Shown here: positions 25,990 through 32,000 of the stretch, piece by piece
How positions within the stretch are numbered: the stretch's first letter is position 1
Layout: the number at the start of each line of letters is the position of its first letter
Source: Candidatus Electronema aureum
GTDB lineage: Bacteria; Desulfobacterota; Desulfobulbia; Desulfobulbales; Desulfobulbaceae
Assembly: GCA_004284765.1 (NCBI GenBank)
Contig: NQJD01000002.1
Location: 60,001 to 92,000 of the forward strand
DNA: 32,000 nt
Reading direction: 5' to 3'
Notes under the pieces: generated by a model
The model's input: the letters and a program-made list of their open reading frames with translations, nothing else
Databases searched by the model: none
Told to the model about the DNA's origin: nothing
Program-made: the position numbers and the translations under genes

Positions 25990-27459
25990 ATGTCTAACTA
26001 TTTTAACAGTCTGCCCCTGCGCCTTCAGCTTGACGAGCTGGGCCGCTGCCGCTTCATGCAGGCTGCCGAGTTCAACGGCGTGGAAGCCCTGAAGGGCAAG
26101 AAGATCGTTATTGTCGGCTGCGGCGCACAAGGACTCAATCAAGGTCTGAACCTGCGCGACAGCGGCTTGGATGTGTCCTACACCCTGCGCGACGCGGCCA
26201 TTGCCAGCAAGCGTCTGTCCTGGCAGCGGGCCACGGAGAACGGCTTCAAGGTCGGGACATATCAGGAGATGCTGCCGAGTGCTGATCTGGTCATCAACCT
26301 GACCCCAGACAAGCAGCATTCCAACGTGATCAAGGCGGTGATGCCGCTGATGAAGGAGAACGCCTGCCTCTCCTACTCGCACGGCTTCAACATTATTGAA
26401 GAGGGGATGCAGATCCGCAAGGACATCACCGTAATCATGGTTGCGCCCAAATCGCCGGGCACTGAGGTGCGGCAGGAGTACCTGCGCGGCTTCGGCGTGC
26501 CGACCCTGTTGGCTGTGCACCGCGAAAACGACCCGCTCGGTATGGGCTGGGACATTGCCAAGGCCTACGCCGCAGGCACAGGCGGCGACCGCGCAGGCTG
26601 CTTGGAGTCCTCCTTTGTCGCCGAGGTGAAGTCTGACCTGATGGGCGAGCAGACCATTCTCTGCGGCATGTTGCAGACCGGCTCACTGCTCTGCTTTGAG
26701 CGGATGATCGAGCTGGGCATGGACGCGCGTTATGCTGTAAAGCTCATTCAAAACGGCTGGGAGACCATCACCGAGGCACTCAAGCACGGCGGCATCACCA
26801 ACATGATGGACCGGCTGTCCAATCCGGCCAAACTGCGGGCTTTCCATCTTGCTGACGAGCTGAAGCGCATTCTCAGGCCGCTCTTCTGCAAGCACATGGA
26901 TGACATCATGTCCGGCAATTTCTCCACGACTATGATGCAGGACTGGGCAAATGACGATGCCAACCTGCTCACATGGCGCAAGGCCACTGGCGAGACCGCT
27001 TTTGAGAAGACAGCAGCAGCAGACACAGCTATTAGCGAGCAGGAATACTTTGATAAAGGCATCCTGATGGTGGCCATGGTCAAAGCAGGCGTGGAATTAG
27101 CCTTCAACACCATGGTCTCTTCCGGCATCAAGGAGGAGTCTGCCTACTACGAATCCCTGCACGAACTGCCGCTGATCGCCAACCTGATCACCCGCAAGAA
27201 GCTGTACGAAATGAACGTGGTGATCTCCGACACCGCAGAATATGGCTGCTATCTCTTCAACCATGCCGCCTATCCCCTGCTCCAAGGCTTTATGCAGACT
27301 GTTGGGGCAGATGTGATCGGCAAGGGCTTGGATGTGAAGGACAACTCTGTCAGCAACAAGGAACTGATCGAAGTCAACCGCATCATCCGCAGCACCGGCG
27401 TAGAGACTGTCGGCGCAACCCTGCGCGGCTACATGAGTGCAATGAAGGCGATTATCTAA
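25990..27459 (+). CDS. ilvC: Ketol-acid reductoisomerase, class II (long form)
   Basis: 489 aa. [23 protein letters not shown]...[31 protein letters not shown] is near-collinear with the enterobacterial-type IlvC. AAGGAG RBS present. Confidence 0.95.
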   Translation: MSNYFNSLPLRLQLDELGRCRFMQAAEFNGVEALKGKKIVIVGCGAQGLNQGLNLRDSGLDVSYTLRDAAIASKRLSWQRATENGFKVGTYQEMLPSADLVINLTPDKQHSNVIKAVMPLMKENACLSYSHGFNIIEEGMQIRKDITVIMVAPKSPGTEVRQEYLRGFGVPTLLAVHRENDPLGMGWDIAKAYAAGTGGDRAGCLESSFVAEVKSDLMGEQTILCGMLQTGSLLCFERMIELGMDARYAVKLIQNGWETITEALKHGGITNMMDRLSNPAKLRAFHLADELKRILRPLFCKHMDDIMSGNFSTTMMQDWANDDANLLTWRKATGETAFEKTAAADTAISEQEYFDKGILMVAMVKAGVELAFNTMVSSGIKEESAYYESLHELPLIANLITRKKLYEMNVVISDTAEYGCYLFNHAAYPLLQGFMQTVGADVIGKGLDVKDNSVSNKELIEVNRIIRSTGVETVGATLRGYMSAMKAII

Positions 27460-27473
27460 GAATTGCTTGCCGC
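27385..27473 (+). repeat. Direct repeat copy 1: ilvC 3' end plus ~13 nt downstream
   Basis: The last 75 nt of ilvC match 28198-28272 with 9 mismatches. Weaker similarity with one indel continues about 13 nt past the stop codons. Confidence 0.85.
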
Positions 27474-27477
27474 ACTC

Positions 27478-27505
27478 GTAGGTTCACGGCATGCCGTGAA
27501 CCTAC
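27478..27505. repeat. Perfect 28-bp palindrome GTAGGTTCACGGCATGCCGTGAACCTAC
   Basis: The sequence is self-complementary over all 28 nt. It lies 19 nt after the ilvC stop, just inside the left boundary of the inserted segment, with no U-tract after it. Confidence 0.9.
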
Positions 27506-27556
27506 GGGTCGCCAACTACAGTTGCCCAAGTCGAATAGATCATCCATATTCCCGCC

Positions 27557-28036
27557 ATGAAAAGAACGATATACATCGAAACGAGCGTCATCAGCTACTT
27601 GGCTGCCGAAATGTCAGAAAATATCAGGATAAGCAGTCACCAGCTTGTCACACATGCTTTCTGGAAAACGCTCCCGAATTATAATGTTTTTATTTCAGAC
27701 ACTGTTGTCATGGAAGCATCGTGTGGCGATGCAGGGAAGGTGCAACGTCGGCTTTGGGAAATCCGTGACTTTTCTGTTCTTGACACAGACGCTAAGACTC
27801 AAGAGTTGGCAAAGTCGCTTATCAGGGAAAAGGCTGTTCCTGAAAAATGCCCGGAAGATGCAGTTCATATTGCTGTAGCGGCAGCACACGATATCGAATT
27901 TATCGTCACTTGGAACTTCAAACACATCAACAATCCGTTCATGATGCGCAAAATAAGCAGTGTTGTAACGAATCATGGCTGCTCCATGCCCGTAATCTGT
28001 TCACCAGAAGAATTCATGGAGGCGGAGCATGATTGA
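27557..28036 (+). CDS. PIN-like domain protein (VapC-like toxin candidate)
   Basis: 159 aa. N-terminal IYIETSVISYL and C-terminal EDAVHIAVAAAHDIEFIVTWNFKHI match the acidic-residue layout of PIN-fold nucleases as I recall it. It overlaps the next ORF by 8 nt. Confidence 0.55.
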   Translation: MKRTIYIETSVISYLAAEMSENIRISSHQLVTHAFWKTLPNYNVFISDTVVMEASCGDAGKVQRRLWEIRDFSVLDTDAKTQELAKSLIREKAVPEKCPEDAVHIAVAAAHDIEFIVTWNFKHINNPFMMRKISSVVTNHGCSMPVICSPEEFMEAEHD

Positions 28037-28217
28037 TCCGATCATAGAGGAAGTCAGAAAGTATCGGGATGAACACGCCCGTAGATTCAACTACAATTTA
28101 GACATGATTTGCGAAGACCTGCGCAGTCGGCACGCCCAGAATGTGGATCGGCTGAAAGAGATAAGAACAGTCGGCAAGACTGATGCGCTGGATGCTTATC
28201 CGCAGCACCGGCATTGA
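28029..28217 (+). CDS. Small 62-aa partner ORF of the PIN-like gene (possible antitoxin); 3' end runs into the ilvC repeat
   Basis: MIDPIIEEVRKYRDEHARRFNYNLDMICEDLRSRHAQNVDRLKEIR... The start overlaps the PIN stop (ATGATTGA). The last 7 codons (AYPQHRH) read repeat copy 2 out of frame, so the C-terminus may not be native. Confidence 0.45.
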   Translation: MIDPIIEEVRKYRDEHARRFNYNLDMICEDLRSRHAQNVDRLKEIRTVGKTDALDAYPQHRH

Positions 28218-28285
28218 GACTGTCGGTGCGACCTTGCGTGGCTACATGAGCGCGATGAAGGCGATTATCTGAGGTTGGTTGCCGG
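28198..28285 (+). pseudogene. Direct repeat copy 2: orphan ilvC 3' fragment (last 24 codons plus stop)
   Basis: In the ilvC frame it encodes [27 protein letters not shown], against [27 protein letters not shown] in the intact gene. There is no upstream ilvC coding sequence. Confidence 0.85.
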
Positions 28286-28313
28286 GAATAACTATCTATA
28301 GATGTAAGAAATC

Positions 28314-28838
28314 ATGCGAACCTTACCGCCTTACAGCACCATTATGGGAGCTAATGATGTTTCTCACTTCCTTCATACTGTTGAGGAGCGAAAAAATGAG
28401 AAAGTACCACTCGATCAGTTCTACAGGGAAACAGAGACGGAAAAGAAACGGATGTGGACTCTAATCAATCCAGGTTTATTGCTCTCACAAGCCTATATCT
28501 ATTTTGTTTATGGTCAAGAGAAAGGTCTTCTGGATGGATTTGACATAAGTAATTTTTTTTCGCAAATTACTGTCAACTACTCAGGTTACAGCGACCTCCC
28601 TGAGAGAGAAAAGAGCAAACTTATCAGACGACGACTACGAAACTCTATCGCACACTGTAGATATGACATTGAGATTCGTACTACTGATGGTGAAATCAAC
28701 AAAGATGGTGATATAGTGTTTGTATTCACCGATGAGAAACATGATAAATCTGACAAGATCAAGTTTGAGATGAATCTTCCAACCTTTGGCAATATAGTTG
28801 AAGGTGCTGGTGCTCACATATTAAACGCATTGAGATGA
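28314..28838 (+). CDS. Hypothetical 174-aa protein with an HEPN-like R-x4-H motif (RNSIAH)
   Basis: Intact ORF, about 38% GC in a sampled stretch. LIRRRLRNSIAHCRY (RNSIAH at 28638-28655) resembles the RN..AH catalytic motif of Abi2/AbiD-type and other HEPN RNases. The start is uncertain (28314 or 28344) and there is no clear RBS. Confidence 0.4.
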   Translation: MRTLPPYSTIMGANDVSHFLHTVEERKNEKVPLDQFYRETETEKKRMWTLINPGLLLSQAYIYFVYGQEKGLLDGFDISNFFSQITVNYSGYSDLPEREKSKLIRRRLRNSIAHCRYDIEIRTTDGEINKDGDIVFVFTDEKHDKSDKIKFEMNLPTFGNIVEGAGAHILNALR

Positions 28839-28976
28839 CTGAGAAAAATATCGTATCCAAGCAGTAACGTAAGTTAGGGTTCTGGCATACCTCCTAACTT
28901 ACCACAGGTGATCTCAAGCTAAACAAGTCCGCTTGAGCGCAACGAAAGCGGAAAACAGCTTTCGCTACGCTTAATC

Positions 28977-29250
28977 TCACCCCATCTTCACGTCCAGCAC
29001 ATCCACCAGCCTGCCGTCATACTCATTGACGACCAGCGTCTTCAAGGCGGCGTAGTTGTTCACCTTGATGCTCAGGCTGCTCACTGCCGAGCCGCTGAAG
29101 CCGGGCAGCACAAATTCCCCGTTTCCGGTGGCCGGGACGATCATGCCCTGCGCGCCGCCGTCCTGCATGTCAATCAGCTTGAAGGCGAGAATGTCATCCT
29201 GCACGTTGTGCTCGACCTGCACCCGCAGCCGCGTGTCCGCCGTCAGGCTG
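28977..29250 (-). pseudogene. C-terminal fragment of a paralogue of the 2245-3321 gene
   Basis: (GSLTA)DTRLRVQVEHNVQDDILAFKLIDMQDGGAQGMIVPATGNGEFVLPGFSGSAVSSLSIKVNNYAALKTLVVNEYDGRLVDVLDVKMG aligns with ..EDTRLRIQVVADIQGERLLFSLLDMKEGGAAGAEVSVTQNGEHSLPGFSGSALSSLAIRVNNYAGLWEMVRNDYGGRLVDVLEVKEG. Homology starts abruptly near 29245, and a TAA lies just upstream in that frame. Confidence 0.75.
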
Positions 29251-29361
29251 CCTTAGCGTGTCCAGAACGAACTGGCTGACGCTCTTCCGCGCTGCGGCGG
29301 CCTGCTGTTTCAGTAGAGCCGCGAGCTGCTCGTCAACGCTCTGTATGGATAGTGATGCCAT
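29194..29361 (-). CDS. Ribbon-helix-helix (CopG/Arc-type) antitoxin-like protein with a non-native C-terminal tail
   Basis: GAGGAG lies 8 nt upstream of the ATG at 29361. MASLSIQSVDEQLAALLKQQAAAARKSVSQFVLDTL has the beta-strand/helix/helix layout of RHH antitoxins. The remaining 19 codons read the paralogue fragment out of frame. Confidence 0.5.
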   Translation of the reverse strand: MASLSIQSVDEQLAALLKQQAAAARKSVSQFVLDTLRQPDGGHAAAGAGRAQRAG

Positions 29362-29628
29362 AATATGCTCCTCAGATATGATATGCTTTCGGGACAAGCA
29401 GGGGCGGCCCCCTGTGGCCGCCTTGTCATGTGAAGGGCGGAACCCGCGCACCGCCTCGTCTAACTTCCGTATCAACAGGCCGGTGAGCACCTTCGGATAG
29501 AAGAAGGTCGATTTGTGCAGCATGATATTGCCGCTGTCTGCTACCTTCAGCACGTGCGCCACTTTGGTTGGATTGAGGCCAAGCTGCTTCTGAATCAGGC
29601 TTGTCCCCATCTTCCTCAGCCATTCCAC
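29362..29628 (-). CDS. Uncertain small ORF coupled to the ATPase gene (possible HTH-like segment)
   Basis: A GTG at 29628 overlaps the ATPase stop (GTGGAATGGCTGA). It encodes ..MGTSLIQKQLGLNPTKVAHVLKVADSGNIMLHK.. and runs in frame, with no stop, into the RHH ORF. Coding status is unproven. Confidence 0.3.
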
Positions 29629-32000
29629 TCTCCCGGCAAGGCGAAGGGCCGAAATTTCTCCTGCATTCCTTCCTCTGCGCTGTGCAGCAGAGCGCGATGC
29701 TGACCTAATTTGCTGGCAGCGGGCGAGTCAATAAGCGCGATGGAATCCTCGCTGCTCATCTGCAAGACAACCCGCAGTTCAAATTCCCGCACAGACTGCC
29801 GCGAGAGACGGCGGTTCAGGTTGCCGTTGGTGTCGCACCAGATGATGCTGTGAATGCCAACTTCCGGGCTTTCTTTCAAAATTTCGGCGAACTGCTTGCC
29901 AAGCTCATTATCAGCAGAAGAATAACTGTCTCCCGGTTCCAGATCGCGGGCGCGATGCAGGCCGTAGATGACAAAATAGATGGTTGGCTTTTGCTGCAAA
30001 TCATCTTCATGCTCAAGACGCTGCTTCACTTCCTCGGCAAGAAAGTTGACAATTCCAGCAAAATGCCGACGTTTTCCGTAATGCGCTTGCTGCGCCAGGC
30101 TTTCCGCCAGCACCTTGAGCACATCGCTGTGCGGATCATCGGCGGAGCTGAAATCAATCAGGTAAAAAACTGCTGATTCTTTCCGGTGTTGTGCAGCCAA
30201 GGTCAGCAGGCTGGTTGCAATCATGCCTTTAGCCGCTTCATCGTCTTGCCCGACAATCGCCAGATTGCTGCCGCTTTGCCGCCGGAACTGCGCCACAGTC
30301 GCCTCTTTGATGGCAATCGGCTCGCCCAGCCAAGCGGAAAAACGTTTCAGCGGCGCGGTAGTTGGAGGATGCAGCAGGCGCGTTGCCTTCAAAAACAATC
30401 TGGCTTTGCGGGAAAGCGAAATTTTGCTGCCGGGCCAGAGCATTAATCTTGTCCAAATATTGATCCCGCTCCTCATCAGGCAGCCATGCGACTTGAAACG
30501 GATTGTTGCCTTCAACCAAGCCGTTTGCCGCATTATAGATCGCCTCGCCGGGCCGGGAAAGCAGCCGCGCAGCCGCGTTGTCATCGCTCAGAATCAGGCG
30601 GGAATCCGTTTCGCTGCATTGCAAGGCAATTCTGACCGCCATTTGATCAATGGTGCTGCGAGCTAAGGTGTAGGTTCCGGCCAAAGTCTGCGAACCCAAG
30701 ATGATATGAACGCCGAAGGCCCGGCCTTGACGCACCAAGCGGTCTAAAATTTGCGAGACCTTGGCAGCGACCGGATCATCTTCTGTGAAAAATTCCTGAA
30801 ATTCATCCACAAGCAGGATGATGCGCGGCATGATCTGGCTGGTTTTCCGGCGGTAATTTTTCAAATCGGCAACTTCCGCCTTGCGGAAGAGGTCGCCGCG
30901 CCGCTTCAGCAAGGCATCTAAATCTTGCAGAACGCTCAGGCCAAACTCGCGTTCGCTTTCAATGGCGATTACCCGCGCATGAGGCAGAGCATGTGCGGCA
31001 TAGGTTTTGAACTCCACGCCTTTCTTGAAGTCAATCAGGTAGAACTGCACTTCATCAGGGCTGTAGGTGAGCGCCAAATTGACGATGAGGACATGCAGTA
31101 GCGTTGATTTGCCGGAGCCTATTTTGCCAGCAATCAGCGCGTGATGGGATGTTCCTTTGCCCAGCTCAAGAAATTGCACCCGGTTTGCGCCCACCGGGCC
31201 AAGCGGAATGCGGATTTCCTCGGCAGTGCTGCCGCGCTGCCATGCTTCGGGGCTTAGTCCAGCCTTTTCCAAGATTTTTGCAAAGGGAACTTCCACCCGC
31301 ATTGCTGCCACTGCCGCTTTGCCGACCTGACTGATGATGGTGTTGAAATATTCCTGCGCTGGCGGTTCATCCAGCGAGAGCAGGCATTTAAAGTCACGTG
31401 CCCCCCATATTAGCTGATTTTCATTTTCATACGAATGGAAAACTCTAGTATGTCGTCCAATATTTCTGATATCAAATCTATGCGGCATATTTTTTTCACG
31501 ATCGCAAATAATGATGGTGTAGATGCCGCAGCGCGGACCATTTTGGAGAATGCTGATCAAACGGCGCACTGCATCTTCGCTGAAGTTGGCTGGAAAATCA
31601 TTGATGATCAGGAAACGGTACGGTTCCGTCAGCTCGCCTGCATAGGAGTTGAATTCCTCAATGGTTTTGTAAGTGTTGCGCAAATATTTCTGAATGACAT
31701 TCTCAATATGCTCAGTCAGCTCGCCAAGCCGCTGCTCGATATGTCGCGGCTCTGACCATGCTTTTGTTGTGACCAAAGATTCATCGTAATCCGCCAGATG
31801 CAGAAATGCGGCGGCATTTTGACCAAGACCGACAGGATCAATAAAGGTGAAGCGCAGTTTTCCCGGCGGAATTGATGCGGTCAGGCGCAGCAGGAGGGAT
31901 TGAAGCTGCTTGGCGATGAGGTTTCTTTCCTCTCCGTTTATCGAGAAGAGAATTCCTTGCTCAGAAGGAAAGGGCAGCAGAGCGGGCATGGAAAACTGAC
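29616..32000 (-). pseudogene. Multi-domain FtsK/SpoIIIE-family ATPase (EssC/EccC-like triple P-loop architecture), frameshifted and 5'-truncated by the window edge
   Basis: ORFs 30238-31989 and 29616-30584 overlap in frames offset by 1 nt, with the sense switching near 30355-30390 (..QIVFEGNAPA / LLHPPTTAPLKRFSAWLGEPIAIKE..). The middle domain has Walker A GKIGSGKS (31105-31128) and Walker B ILLVDEFQ (about 30796-30816). The flanking domains are degenerate (INGEERN; VGQDDEAAKG). The frame stays open upstream of 31989 to the window end. Confidence 0.7.

Noticed and set aside
25957-26520. 187-aa minus-strand ORF overlapping the 5' third of ilvC
   Set aside because: It is antisense to a confidently identified ilvC. 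The sequence is low-complexity, rich in His/Leu/Ala/Gly/Gln/Val, and typical of a shadow frame.
27478-27505. The 28-bp perfect palindrome after ilvC as a rho-independent terminator
   Set aside because: No U-tract follows on either strand. Its position at the boundary of the inserted segment suggests a recombination or structural role instead. A terminator function is not excluded.
28553-28560. T8 homopolymer inside the HEPN-like ORF as a phase-variation switch
   Set aside because: The tract is short, the frame is currently intact, and nothing in the sequence indicates length variation.

Overview
Bacterial chromosomal window. I found no rRNA, tRNA or CRISPR array. Housekeeping genes (dtd 5' part, metY, typA, dgkA, trmFO, zwf, glgP, an AICARFT-type purH, class I fumarate hydratase, aroA, ruvA, class II ilvC) are interrupted by several accessory patches. 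(1) 1728-5253: a high-GC HU-like/Ig-like gene plus small genes, a repeat-rich divergent intergenic region, an HExxH protein, and an untracked His/Asp-rich secreted peptide. (2) 7417-9091: an AT-rich islet holding a DUF29 gene and a repeat-containing 388-aa protein. (3) 17682-20729: a transposon graveyard with three copies of a ~116-bp MITE, a circularly permuted IS remnant with directly abutted ends, a second nested MITE, and a broken gene. (4) 24774-25789: a Phd/YefM-like antitoxin and a compositionally mosaic 4-TM protein, translationally coupled to ruvA. (5) 27474-32000: an accessory tract starting at a duplicated ilvC 3' end. It holds a PIN-like two-gene cassette, an HEPN-like ORF, a gene fragment fused onto an RHH gene, and a frameshifted multi-domain FtsK/SpoIIIE-type ATPase that runs off the window. 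The best candidates for an undescribed system are the antitoxin/membrane-protein/ruvA operon and the ilvC-linked tract. All family names come from motif recognition by eye. No searches were run.
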